Source: Malacoraja senta
Lineage: Eukaryota
Assembly (NCBI GenBank): GCA_038087875.1
Contig: CM075991.1
Location: forward strand, 14,262,001-14,326,000
DNA length: 64,000 nt
Direction: 5' to 3'
Shown in pieces: positions 38,500-52,449 of this stretch. Below the pieces are notes generated by a model. That model had not been told where the DNA came from and did no database searches. It was given only the letters and a program-made list of their open reading frames with translations. The position numbers and the translations under genes were made by a program. Each line of letters starts with the position of its first letter. The first letter of the stretch is position 1.

Positions 38500-39420
38500 C
38501 ATAGTCAATAGTCAGTTTTAATCATCACGTGCACAGTAAAGTGCAGTGAAATGAATTTGCCAGCAGCGGTACAATAAAAAAGAACACACAATACACAATA
38601 CAATTTAACACAAACATCCACCACAGCATTCATTACTGTGGTGGAAGGCACAAAGTTTAGTCAGTCCTCCTCCACTTTCCCCCTGTGGTCGGAACCACAA
38701 ACCTCCGTAGTCGCTGCTGCGGGCGGCCAGATGTACAGACAAGGTAAGTCCCGAATCGGTGCTTCCCTACCGGAGACCGCGGCTTCAGGATGGTGTAGGC
38801 TGCAGGCCGGCGGTCGAAGATCTAAAGTCCCCGCCGCGCCACAGTTAGAAGCACCGCAGACCGCGGCTTCAAAAGATGTTGTAGGCCGCGGGCTGGCGGT
38901 TGGAGCTCTTCTCCAGGGATCCCCGGCAAGGGATCCCGCTCCGGATGTCCCCACCGCCACCGCGGTTAGAAGTAGGCCGCGGGCCGGAGGTCGGGGCTCT
39001 TCTCCTCCGGGGTCCCCAATGAGGGATCCCAGGCTCCAGACGCCACGCCAGCTGGAGCTCCGCAGACCGCAGCTTCAGGCTGCCACGGGCCAGCGATCGG
39101 AGCGCTCTTCTGGCGACACCCGGCGAGGGCTCGCCCTCTCCGCGATGAAAAAGTCTACGCTGCGCCCGCGGCTGAAGCCCCGGGCGCGTCTCCGAGAAAG
39201 GCCGCACCGATCCTCTGTGTTAGGCCGCGAGGAGGAAAAAGTTGCCTCTCCGTGGAGGAGGCGACCAAAGTGGTTTCCCCCTTACCCCGCCACACCACCC
39301 CCCACACAAGACACACCGAGAAACATTAAAAACACACATTGGGATACACTAAAATAACAAAAAAAGTACAAAATGACCAACATGCTGCTGGCAGAGCAGC
39401 CGGCTCGCAGCGCCCCCACC
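38500..39420 (-). mobile_element. Unclassified GC-rich repeat, copy 3
   Basis: Hairpin 38617-38645, CpG-rich body with internal AGACCGCGGCTTCA repeats, same layout as copies 1 and 2. Confidence 0.55.
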
Positions 39421-39619
39421 GACCTGCTTTCTGCAGCTGTGAAGTGGAATATTGTAAAAGCAAAGCAATTATACTTGTGGAATCGAGTGAAGACTGACAT
39501 TGTTGCACAATGCGACTTAGAATGGTGCAACAAGGGTTAAATAAAGTACCTAAAATTAGTGTACACAGCCAGTTGAATTAGCAGGTAAATATTACTAATG
39601 ATTATTTTCAATATTTGTA

Positions 39620-40909
39620 TGTATTTACAAATGCAATTTATTTATCATTGCCAGATAGGAAAACAGCAGGACTAGATTAGAGTTGCCACTTGTATCTTCC
39701 AAAGCCAGGTGGCAGATGGTTCATGTTTACTCACTGGTGCAAACATGCTCATCTCATGCAGGTGAACTGATACAGGCTGTGGGTCTGGTGCAGCGAACCA
39801 GAATGTAATCACTGATTAGGTATGGCTCCACCAATCTATTTACACTCATTTAAAGGCTGTGGATCATAGAGTTAATGTTTTGTTAATAACAAATGAAACC
39901 ATATGTTTCTATTTGCATCAACTTGCTCATTTTGCCCTTGCAACATCACCAGTGTGTTGGCTCATCACCTCTTCGAACAACTCAAAAAAATGATAGACAG
40001 GTTTAAAAAAGAAGGCATGTATTTAGTTATGGATTAATAAAACAGTACATCTCCAAATTGGAAAGGGTGAGACAATTCTTTTTCAACATTTCTACAAACA
40101 AAACAATACCAGATAAGCAAAATTCATGTTCAGCACCCGACAAAATAACTTTAAAATCTTGCATTCTGCGATAAATTGCCTTCCCTGGGCATTGATAATA
40201 CTTGGGGTGTTTGGCAAAGGAACATTTCTGTTTAGAGTGACCTGCTTAGCGGTGCATCTAGCTCGCAGTGCACTCGACCAGCACAGTAGCAATCCCTGTT
40301 AAAAGGCCGCAGTAAGTGCCACATGTTGCCGCCAGTCCCACAGCATGAAGTTTATGTGCTTTCTATTTGCCCTGTTCCCTGCGATAGGTAGCTGCACCAA
40401 GACAATATAAATATGCCAGTTATGTCGTAACAATTAGCAATTTTTAAAAAGAGATCACACTGTATGGTGTGACTTGGGTTTTGTCCGCCCCATTAAAACG
40501 ATACACTGTGTGAATTCATTCACGAGATGTTCCAGAAGGTTCTGTTTATACGCTGTAGTGTGGACTTTCTGTGCATTGTGCAGTTACAGGAGTGGGATTA
40601 TTTAACCTGGTTCCAGTTCCAATAGCCTTATGTCAAGTGAGAAAAATCAATAGCTTACATACACATTATTATTTTATGATTGCTTTGCTTTTTCTCAGGT
40701 TGGACGTGGCGTGAAGATTCTGCTCGGCTGCAGCTTTCGTACACAGGTGGCTGTGTAAGTGATATCTCATGTCTAAACAGCAATGATGCATCAGTCAATG
40801 CGATATCTCCAGCCCATTAATGTCCATTGGTATAGTTAAATTGCTCAACTGGAGAAAAGAGGCCACTCTGCTTTAACAGCATCTCCACGGTGACGAGATC
40901 CTTGCAGCA
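39620..40909 (-). other. LETM2: Probable LETM2 3' UTR
   Basis: Repeat-poor sequence after the stop; minus-strand AATAAA at 39637-39642; end uncertain. Confidence 0.4.
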
Positions 40910-40963
40910 TCACGAGCCGTTTGCAGTGGCCTTGCTTTTCTGGGACTCTTTCATTTCTTGAGT
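40910..40963 (-). CDS. LETM2: LETM2 last coding exon
   Basis: tttgtttccag|TQEMKESQKSKATANGS*; resembles the recalled LETM2 C-terminus (..QNSKASSKGA). Confidence 0.75.
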   Translation of the reverse strand, partial: TQEMKESQKSKATANGS

Positions 40964-41528
40964 CTGGAAACAAACCCAGGGATTTACAAAGACATGAAAC
41001 TTTCCAAAGCACTTTGCAACCAATCAAGACTGTAAGTAGCTGGATGGTGATGAGGGTAAAAGGAGAGCAATTTAAAACATATCTGAATGACCTGGATCAG
41101 GAGCTGCTCAAAAACACCAGCGCATGGACCCAACTTTGGGCTTTTTGTAAATGCCGCCAAAATATGGCCACTCGTGCATTTGTCATCAATGTAAAAATAA
41201 TTTCACTGTGCAATGCACACGTGACAATAAAGCATCACTGTTGGGGAAAATGCTGCATTTTAATTTTAGTTGCAGTTCATAGAGGATAAAGCCAGGAGGA
41301 GGGACAGGGATTGACCTCTGATCTTCCCTTCCCTCCCAAGGCCAAAACACCATCTCACCACCATCTCTGCACTTGCAGTATACACGCCAACCATAGGTTA
41401 TGAACAGCTTTCCTTTTTACAGATGTCCATAAGTTGGAAAACACAAAAAACCACTCAATATCGTGACCATACCTACATATTATAACATTTAAGAGACAGG
41501 TACATGAATAGAGGGTGATGAATGGTTT

Positions 41529-42660
41529 AATAATAATAATAATAATAATAATAATAGATTTTATTTATATAGCGCTTTTCAGGACACAGTCGCTTTACAA
41601 TTGAGAGTCAGGAATAAACAAAACAAAATAGAGCAGTAAGACAGAGGGGAGGGGAACATGGGACTAAGGGTATGCAGAGGTGAAGAGATGGGTCTTGAGG
41701 CGGGACTGGAAGAGATGGGTCTTGAGGCGGGACTGGCTCTGCCTCCAAAAGTGCAGAGGTTTGATTTCGGAGTGGAGAGGAGACCAGCTGATGTGGATCT
41801 GAGGGACCGTGAGGGTTGGTAGGGGGAGAGGAGGTCAATGAGATAAGGGGGGGCCAGGTTGTTGAGGGCTTTGTAGGTGAGGACCAGGATTTTGTAGGTG
41901 ATCCGGTGGGAAATGGGAAGCCAGTGAAGTTCTTTGAGAACTGGGGTGATGTGGTGCCAGGATTTGGTGTGGGTAATGAGTCGAGCGGCTGCATTTTGGA
42001 CCAGTTGGAGTCGGTTGATGCTGCTGGAATTGATTCCAAAAAGAAGAGAGTTACAGTAGTCCAGTCGGGAGGAGATGAAAGCATGGATGAGTCTTTCAGC
42101 AGCGGGGGGTGTGAGAGAGGATCTGAATTTTGCAATGTTGCGGAGGTGAAAAAATGATGTTTTGACAACATGGCGGATGTGAGGCTCAAGGGAGAGGGTT
42201 GAGTCAAGGATCACGCCAAGGTTGCGTGCCTGAGGAGATGGGGAGACAGTGGTGCCGTCGATAGTGAGAGTGGGGTTGTTAATTTTAGTGAGTGTTAATT
42301 TGGAGCCAATGAGGAGAAATTCTGTTTTGCTTCTGTTTAATTTAAGGAAGTTGAGTTGCATTGGCTGATAGGCAGGAGTTGATATGGGAGAGAGGGGGGT
42401 GGTGGGGGGACTTGGTGCTGAGATAGATCTGGGTGTCATCAGCATAGCAGTGGAAGTCCAGGTTGAAGTGACGGAGTATATGACCAAGGGGGAGAATGTA
42501 GATGATGAAGAGGAGGGGACCAAGAACGGAGCCTTGGGGAACGCCTTGAGTGACAGTGGCTGTGGCAGAGGTGTGGTTATGGAGAGAGATGAAGTGGGAT
42601 CGGTTGGAAAGGTAGGAACGGAACCAGCTGAGTGCAGAACCTTCAATGTCAAGGTCCCTA
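41529..42660 (-). mobile_element. L2-clade LINE 3' part
   Basis: [34 protein letters not shown]; (TTA)n tail at 41529-41555. Confidence 0.9.
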
Positions 42661-43235
42661 AGGGTTAGAGGGTTATGGACCAAGCGCGGTGGGATTAGTA
42701 TAGATGGGGCATGTTGGTTGGCGTTGGCAAGTTGGGCCCAAGAGCTTGTTTCCTTGCTGTGTGACTAACTCTGAAATGCTTGTTTCCATTACGCCTTTCT
42801 CCCTGCTTTTTTAGGAAGATATAGTGTGTATATTTTGTCCCTTAGAACTGGCCATAGCAAAGAAACTGCTTAAAGACCACTTTGTAAACAAGTTCAGGGA
42901 CAGATTCAAACAAGTGTGCGAGAAGGTGCCTTGGAATAATGCGCATTTTCAACACATAAATGAACATTTATTTATTGTCTTTCGCTGTCTGGTTACAATG
43001 GTACAGAATCATGATGTTCCATAATGGATTTGTGTTCCAATATAAATTACTCCCATAATATTTATGGGAACTCATTCATATACATGGGGTGTCCTTAAGT
43101 CAGGCGTTCTTAACCTGGGGCACACTTTGCATAAAAGTGTGCGTGCTAATTTTTACTTTTAATTGCTTGCTGCCTAAGATTTGGCAGAATTGGACCTTGC
43201 TTAACATGCTACATGTTGCCCAGACACATTCGTAC

Positions 43236-43349
43236 CTTGATGTTTTCCAGTGTTGCGGCCAGGTCACGAGATCCAGAGCTCGGTGGGGTTGGTTTTTCAG
43301 TGCTCTCTTTGCCTGGTGGCTCTTTGTCCAGGGAAACAGTAATGCCCAG
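43236..43349 (-). CDS. LETM2: LETM2 coding exon 8 (114 bp)
   Basis: atccag|LGITVSLDKEPPGKESTEKPTPPSSGSRDLAATLENIK|gtacga; open, phase 0/0; end resembles recalled ..DLAPQLKGTK. Confidence 0.7.
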
Positions 43350-43671
43350 CTGGATTGTAAAGACCACAGCAGGTAGAAATAATAAAGATCGCTGGTGTAA
43401 TCACATGCTCAATTGTAGCACTCTTCAGTATATAAAGACAATTACTAAATACTACTTTACAATGCCCCCTTTTTCCCTGCGTTTTAGGCAAATGCATTAA
43501 TACTTTCTCCCTTAGAAGTTTCTACAACAGAGAACTTTGTAATAAACTCAGTCAGGTTCAAACAAGGTCAAAATTGCTTATTTATCCTGGCTTCACCTTG
43601 GAATAATGACATATTTTCATACACATTATGTTCTCATCTCATTAATAACTTTATCTGACAATACCAAATCA

Positions 43672-43875
<204 letters not shown>

Positions 43876-45484
43876 TTATTCCCTCTCTTCAGATACATAA
43901 ATCACACAGTGTTGATTAGCAAAAAGCATATTTGCGTTGTTGTACCTCTTTTGGGAATTCTTTCGGAGCAATGAAATCTGATAACATTTTCTGGGATGGG
44001 TTGTTGAAAGGATTACTCAGCTCAATAGCATGACAGATCTCACTGTGTCCAGTCCATGAATGCTGCACCACTTAATAATGAATCCAGCTACTGGCTACAT
44101 TGCCTGCTCTGCTCCATCACCATAATAAGTGGTTAACTCCACATCAGTCCTGCCTTAGTCCCAGCAAAAAAAGAAAATTACCCGCGATCCTACAGGCATC
44201 TCCAAAGCGCATAGAGTATTTTGTTCCAATTTGTGTGGTAGCATTTAAGACAAGGATTTAAACTAGGAAGCAATTTTTTCTCGAAATATCCAATAATCAC
44301 TCAGCTTTGCCCTGTCAGAATGTAAAATAATCAGTGGGTGTCTGAATCTGCGAGAATAATCAGCAGATTCAGAAATTTGGAAGCTGAAATTAATGCTTTT
44401 GATAATAGCATGTGAATCTCCCATCCATTCTCAGAGAAGCAGATGGCACCCATTCTGTTCAAAGTAATGCAATGTGAGATATTCGGTCTCCTCCCACATG
44501 TCAAAGACGCACAGGTTTGTAGGTTAATTGGCTTGGTATAAGTGTATATTGTCCCTGGTGTGTGTAGGATAGTGTGCGGGGGGGGTCTCTGGTCAGTGCG
44601 TACTCGGTGGGCCGAAGGGCACTGTATCTCTAAAACTAAAACTAAATAATTTGAAAGCTGGTCTTCCATCCTTACAGTCAGTCTGCAGGTGGACTGGGAA
44701 GATTGTTTCACTGTCCTCTTTAGTTACCATGCACATCAATACTGTACTCTGTGAAGGATATGTTTATAACCGTCATCAACCAGCATAAAATATATATACT
44801 GTACACTGTCTAGAGGTCTCAAAACAGAGACCAAAGAAAAACAAGAAGGCTTTGCCTTGGATTTTACCCATAGGGCCATGCTCTTGAGGAACCGAGAGAT
44901 TCAGAAGAATGGGGTTCCTAAAAGATCTAAACACTGGAGTAGGTAAGTTACTTTAAATTGGGTTGCTGTGCCCAGGCCATCTCGAGGCCTCTCAGACTTC
45001 AGAAATCTCAAGAGGAAGCCTTTAAGAGCAGGGACTCAAAGGGCAACTTTTTCCACACAGGGTGGTGTGTATATGGATCAAGCTGCCAGAGGAAATGGTA
45101 GACGCAGTTACAATCACCACATTTAAAAGACATGTGAACAGGTACATGGATATGGAGGGATAAGGACCAATGAAAAAGAACAACAGCAGCCAAAGTTGGA
45201 ATGGCATCTGTAAAAGCAATGCCGGGGGTGAGACTGTAAGGATATATGAATCTGGTGTGTTTTCTCCCTACCAGAGTCCCAGGTTTTCACTATAAACCTT
45301 CAGGCCATTACAACTTTGCTAATAATAAATGTTAAGTAGTAGTATGAATGTTTGAAGACAAGAATGTTTGACAGTAGTGTAATATGTCACACAAGGTGTA
45401 TTTTGTACTTGATTCAATGTCAGCAGGTGATCCTTCAACGTAAATGCTGCAGTAATTTCTCAGGTTCTGCTCCATGTTCATCAC

Positions 45485-45604
45485 CTGAGTGAGCTGCTGC
45501 CGCAGTTGCTTTTCCGTCAGTCCCAATGATCTCATACCCCTCGCTCTACATGCTGTCTGCAGTTCCGACACGGTCAAAACTTCACAGCCTTCTTGGGCAA
45601 TCAT
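45485..45604 (-). CDS. LETM2: LETM2 coding exon 6 (120 bp)
   Basis: tgcag|MIAQEGCEVLTVSELQTACRARGMRSLGLTEKQLRQQLTQ|gtgatg. Confidence 0.95.
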
Positions 45605-47685
45605 CTGCAAGTCAGAAACACAATGGCAATTGTTGATAACCAAATGCAAAAAACTCCGTCACTGAATTCTGTTTGGCACAGACATTATGTGCCAAAGTGC
45701 CTATTCCCGCGCTATACTGTTCTATGCCAATACTTTATCTGATACTTTAAAATAAATAGTTTTACCAAAATGGCAAAAAGTCATATACTACATAACGATG
45801 TAAATGCTGGCCATCTACATTGATTCCATTCTCCAGCATTTAGTTGGTCGCCTACAATGCTGTAGCGATTCAAATGCTTGTCCAGATGCTGTGAGAGCAT
45901 CTGCCTCCATCATCCCCTTAGAGGTCTACCTGAAAGAAAATCTCCCTCAAACAATTTCCAAGCCTCTTGCTTCTTACTTTAAATCTATACCTGCTCTTGC
46001 AAGTCTACAAGAATTACACAATGGAAACTCATGTGAAATTACTTTTGCCACCTTTGTAAAACTATTTATTTTTAGGTATCAGAGAAAGTAGCTACATTGG
46101 CATAGAACAGTATAGCACATACCCTTTGGCCCACAATGTCAGGGCCAAATATGATGCCAGGTTAAACTAATCTCCTCTGCCTGCAAGTGATCCATATCCC
46201 TCCATTCTCTACATAACCATGTCTCTATCAAAAAACCTCTTAACTGCCAGTCGTATCTACGTCCACCACCACCCCTGGCAATGTGTTCCAGGCACACACC
46301 ACACAGTGGGTAAAAAAAGTAGTCCCATACACCATCCTTTAAACTTTTCCCCTCTCACCTTAGAGCTCCATCCCTGGGACAAAAAGGTTCAGACTGTCTC
46401 CCCTATCTATGCCTCTCATAAGTTGAAATACTTCCTTTAGTACCATGTTTGTATGGTGAAACAACCTAGAAGTTAATTAGGTATGTTAATCAGTCGCCAG
46501 ATGACACATTTGGTTGTGGGACATCCATTTTAAGACTGAAAATTCAGCTGTGCCTGAGGACTAAGGACCTGGGCATTTCCAAAATGAGGATAGAACTTGT
46601 GTTTAAACAAGGAACTGCAGATGCTGGTTTACAAGCTAAGACACAGAGTGCTAAAATTGCTAATCAGGTCAGGCAGAAACTCAGGAGAACATGTCGATAG
46701 ACGACATTCCGGGTCAAGACCCTTCTTCAGACTGATCCGCCTGAAGGGTCTGTCATCAGTCTAAAGAAAGGTTCCGACTCCAAATGTCACCTATCCCATA
46801 TTCACCAGAGATGCTGCCTGGCCCACTGAGTCTTCTATGTGTCTTCTAGACTGTTTGTGTGCTGGGGCAGAAGGAGTGAAAGCTCTTTAACTATGTTAGC
46901 TGCTTTCCTGAAGCAGTATAATTGGAATCATTGGTGGGGAGTGTGGTTTGTGCGATGGACTGGGCTCCATGCACAAATCTCTGCAATTTCTTGTGATCTT
47001 GGGCAGCACTGTTCCCGAACCAATTTGTGAGGCAACCCGACAGTATGCTTTCCATCACCCAATGCAGGAAGCACAAAGATAGATACAAAGTGCTGGAGTA
47101 ACTCAGCGAGTCGGGCAGCATCTCTGGAGAAAAATGACTGGTGACATTTCGGGTCACCTTCTTCGGACTGAAAGTAGGGGATGGGAACTGAAGAGCTGGA
47201 GCGAGAAAAGACCAGGATCAAACAGGGTGGTGCCTGGTAAGCCCTTTGTTGGCTAGGGAAGGTGTGATCTCAAGAGCGAAACAATGTGGAGAACTGTGGA
47301 ACTGTAAAAGGACAAGGGTGGCAGAATGGGTCAAGGGGGGTGGGAGGGGAGTGCAAGTAGAAGTTACTTAAAATAGGAGAATTCAATGTTCCTGCCGCTG
47401 GGTTGTAAGCTACCCGAGCGGAATTCCAATTTACGTGTGGCCTCACTCTGGTAATGGAGGAAACCCAGGACAGAAATGTCAGTGTGGGAATGGGAAGTAT
47501 ACCATCTGTCCAAGCGCAATGCAATATGGGAAATAGTTACAAATTTCTGGAGTGGTCGATTCAGAAACCATCACAATTATCTCTCACGGATGAGAAAAAG
47601 CCTGACTTTTTCCTAAAGGCTTGGCAGTGGGAAAAAAAGTACTGTGCGATTGAATTTCTAGAAAGACCGGTTAATCTTTTGACTA

Positions 47686-47958
<273 letters not shown>

Positions 47959-48420
47959 TCACAATCCCAGTGTCGTACTTCCCTCATTCCCTTTTATAAA
48001 ATAATGTTTAATTCAATGTGAAAATAAAAGACTGGCACAAGAGAGCAACAGCTCTGCTGGAGGAACTCAGCAAGTCAAGCAGCATCTGTGGAGGGGGAAA
48101 ACAAACTGTCGACATGTTGCATCCAGATGGTGCATCAGCACTTGATGCAGGGTCTCCACCCAAAATGTTACCTGAGTAGTTGAAGTGTTTGTGATAGAAT
48201 ATAGAACATAGGATAGTACAGCACAGGAACAGGCGTTTCAGCCCACAATGCTAAGTTAAACTAACCTCCTCTGCCTGCATGTGATCCATACCTCTCCAGT
48301 CCCTGCATATCCATGTGCTTATCCAGAAATCTTTTAAACACCACGGTCGTATCTGCCTCCACCACCATCCTGGCAGGGAGTTCCAGGTACCCACCAGAAT
48401 TGAGTGACTTTATTTCAGAC

Positions 48421-48700
48421 TTTAGAGATACAGTGCCCTTCAGCCCACCGAAACAGCATCGACCAGCAATCACCCCGTACACTATCACCATCGTACGCGC
48501 TAGGGACAATTTACAATTTTACCAAAGTCAATTAACCTACAAACCTGCAAGTCTTTGGAGTGTGGGAGGAAACCGGAGCACCCGGAGAAAATCCACATGG
48601 TCACAGGGAGAACGTACAAACTCTGTACTGACAGCACCCATAGCCAGGATCGAATCCGGGTCTCTGCCACTGTAAGGCAGCAACTCCACCACTGCACCAT
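48421..48700 (-). mobile_element. HE1/V-SINE
   Basis: Reverse-complement copy; further copies at ~44485-44646 (+), 50197-50480 (+) and 61900-62050 (-). Confidence 0.8.
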
Positions 48701-49017
48701 TGTGGGTTGTTAAAATTGAGATGAGGTGAAATTTCATGAAATAGATAGTGGCAAAATTTTGGAATTCTCTACTCCGGAGAGTGCTGAGAATGCTCTGTAA
48801 TTGAGTTTAATTGTTGAAATCAAGAGAGTTTTGGACCAAAGAAATTAGGGATTTTGTCAATCAAGCAGGAAGGTGAATAGAAGGCAGAGATCATCCAGAA
48901 TCTTATTGAATGGAGGAACAGACTTCAAGGGACATGTGGCATACTACCACTTATATGCTCTCACACTTTTACTAGATATGTAACAATGCGAGATCTGTGT
49001 GAATGGTTGAAGCAAAC

Positions 49018-49155
49018 CTTCTGCAAATAAGAAGAAAACTGTTGGGCAGCTCCTCCACTTTCTGTTTTATTCCATTTGACCATTTCCACAATAGTTTCCT
49101 GGAGAAATTTTGCAATTTCAAGTTTTGCTGCCATGGTCTGCTTCTGTTTTTGTTC
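49018..49155 (-). CDS. LETM2: LETM2 coding exon 4 (138 bp)
   Basis: ttttcag|EQKQKQTMAAKLEIAKFLQETIVEM...FSSYLQK|gtttgc. Confidence 0.94.
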
Positions 49156-49804
49156 CTGAAAAAAAAAACAAATGGCCAAAGCCTCATATTTCATGCAATG
49201 ATATAAATACACATATAGTACATGTCACATGATATGAGCACTCTTATTCAAATGTTCTATGTAAACAGTACAATTATTCGTAATCTCAACAGGACCATGG
49301 CATAGATCTCTTTTTTGACCGTCTGTGAATTCAAGTAATTACAAATATTCTTGAAGTGAAAGAGCCATCACAGTGAAAGACACAAATTGCTGATGTAACT
49401 CAGAGGATCGTGCAGCATCTTTTGAGAACACAGGTAGGTGACACTTTGGGTTGAAACCCTCTTCAGACTGATTCTGGCTGGGGGGGGGGGAGAGGGAGAT
49501 TAGATAGCTAGAAAAGAGTGTTGAAGAGAAAATGCAATCGGAATATGTTGGTGCCAATGCTCAAGTAGCTTTTTTATTTTAATAGTACCTCATGATGACA
49601 GAAAGGATGAAGTGAGCAAGTTCTTCCATTCTAGTTTACCTTCTGACACTATAGAGCTAAAAAGTATTAGCTTCACTATTAATCCAAAAATACCTTTGTT
49701 TAAGCTGGTAGCTCCTCCCGCACTCTGCTTTCCAGACACTCCTTTCTGCCAAACATTCTCACAGACTAACATCTTTCATCTCAGTTAAACATTCCATCAA
49801 ATCA

Positions 49805-50023
<219 letters not shown>

Positions 50024-51247
50024 TTACCTATAGATTCCACTGTACAACCACTACGCTGCAACACCACTGATGTGATGGAACATTAACTATTTTAGTTGTG
50101 GTCTCACTGCTTCAAAAGCCAGTTATATCCATAGCCTCATTAGGCTACGGCTACTGGAGTCTGGAAAGATTAATGGAAATAATCCTTGTTTGAATAGTGG
50201 CACAGCAGTAGAGTTTCAACCTTACAGCACCAGAAACCCAGGTTCGATCCCGAGTACGGGTGCTGTCGGTACGGAGTTTGTACGTTCTCCGTGTGACCCC
50301 GTGGGTTTTCTCCGGTTGCTCCGGTTTCCTCCCACACTCCTAAGACGAGCAGCATTGTAGGTTAGTTGGGTACAGTAAAATTGTAAATTGTCCCTAGTGT
50401 GTAGGATAGTGCTAGTGTACGGGGTTCGCTGGTTGGAGTGGACTCTGTGGGCCGAAGGATATGTTTCCGCTTTCTACCTCTATAAGAGTGGAGGCTGGTA
50501 TCTGGAAAGGAGTTGGCAAGAGCAGGACAAAGATCAGGATTGTGCATACATCTGTTTATCAGTGGTGTAAGAGGAGGGGTGGAGATATATTTAATCCAGA
50601 GTAAATCTATTTTCATATCACAGTACGTTATAGAACAGAACCATCAAGAAACGTCTTTAAAATCAGTTCTATTTTGATTTATTCAACATAAATTATTGAT
50701 AGAAAGCAGTAATAATGAGGAAAAAAAATCAAGTTCTGGAATTACAAGATTACCATTTACTTGACAGTAACATTGAAGAAATTCATGGATCTGTATATAA
50801 GACGGGAGAGAGATGGGGCAGGATGCAGCACACCCAGCTCATAGATACAGAATAATCACTGGTGAGCAACCAGGAAAATCACTGACAAAGTGCTTCCATA
50901 ATACAGCAGGTCAGGCAGCATCTCTGGAAGACATGAAAAGACGTTTCAGGTTGGGAGACTTCTTCAGACCTGATCCAAAGCTTTGCCTATTCATATCGTC
51001 CGATACTGCCCGACCCGCTTACTCTAGCACTTTGCACCTTTTTTATTTGTAAGCCAGCATCTGCAGTCCCTTGTGTCTACAGACCACTGATAGTGTCAAT
51101 GTAGAGCTGGAGTTTGTGCACCAAAAGAGGGGAAAATATGGAAAATTTAAAAAATACTACTCTATTTCAATAATTATTCAAATAAAATTCAATTACAGAT
51201 CATTTATGTTTGGGGAGTTGATCGTAGCGGACGGAGATCCTACATAC

Positions 51248-51683
51248 CCTTCGTCTTTCTCTGCGGCTGAGCTGGAATCCATGCAGTAATCTTGACAGTA
51301 TCCTTGTTGCTATCTTTATGTCGATCCAAAGTAATCGGAATCCATTGTAATAATGTTTCAGTTCATTTACAATTCTTTCTTTCCAGGATTTTTTCACAAC
51401 AGCCTTTTCATTTGTTTGGGAAAGTAAACCTTTTTTTCCAATACTTGGTTTGTCAGTGTGTTTGTGGGCGGCTTGTTTACATTCTTCAAGCCATCGACCT
51501 GACTGGTGGAAGTTACACACAGGTACTAAAGAGGTACAATTATGAGGTAGATTGCAAAAGAGAATAGAAGGAGTCCTCCCAAGTTCTTCAGTTCGGAGAT
51601 TGAATCTGTTTGAATGAAAATCATGGAAATGCAGAACCACCACTGGTCTGCACCAAGTGTTGCGCAGAAAGCAGTTTGCTCCT
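51248..51683 (-). CDS. LETM2: LETM2 coding exon 2 (436 bp)
   Basis: aaacag|..[39 protein letters not shown]|gtatgt; the 1-nt overhang fits the 47-nt first exon. Confidence 0.93.
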
Positions 51684-51814
51684 CTGTTTCAAAACAAAAG
51701 TATTTCAAAATTGAAGATACAACTATAATACATAAAGATAGTTGATTAATTTGAGAACCTAGGCTTTTGTTTACTTTTCTTACAAAAGTGAGGCAGAGTA
51801 AACTAATGCATTGT

Positions 51815-52150
51815 CAAGTCAAGTCACTTTTATTTCTATAGCACATTTAAAAAACAACTCTCGTTGGCCAAAGTGCTTTACATTGGTGGAGGTACTAACG
51901 TTATACAACATTGGTTCATAGATTAAGTACATACATAAATACATACATATAGCCCTCCCTCAGAGGACGTCAAGAAAGGCTTGAGAGTAAAGATGAGTTT
52001 TAAGTCTCGACTTAAAGGAGTCGATGGAGAGGGCAGTTCTGATGGGAAGAGGGATGCTGTTCCACAGTCTAGGAGCTGCAACCGCAAAGGCTCAGTTGCC
52101 CCTGAGCATATGCCTAGACCGCGGGATGTTCAGTAACCCCAAGTCGACAT
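51815..52150 (-). mobile_element. L2 3' end, same family as 34281-34940
   Basis: Reverse complement of 34630-34940 including the (GACTT)n tail. Confidence 0.85.
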
Positions 52151-52449
52151 CTAGTAGGGAGCATAAATCCTGTCGCATTCAACATTTTTGCTTAGAAAAG
52201 GATGCAAACTCAGTGGATGACAGAGTTTTTGATCCGTGACCAATTTGGTTAATCCACGGCAAAGTCGTCAGAAGTTTAGCAGAAATACGCAAGAAAGATA
52301 CAAAAACACTTAATTTTCAGAAAGAATTTTGTTCAACATTGTCTATTGAAACTGCATCCTAATGATAATGACTCCACACATTCACTTACTCAATACATGG
52401 GTGATTGTAATAATTCAAAGTGTCTAACAGAGAATTTTAATATCTTGCA

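Noticed and set aside
38638..39357. 239-aa ORF as a host gene
   Set aside because: Lies antisense within a GC-rich interspersed repeat, has no recognisable domain, and is not preserved in sister copies
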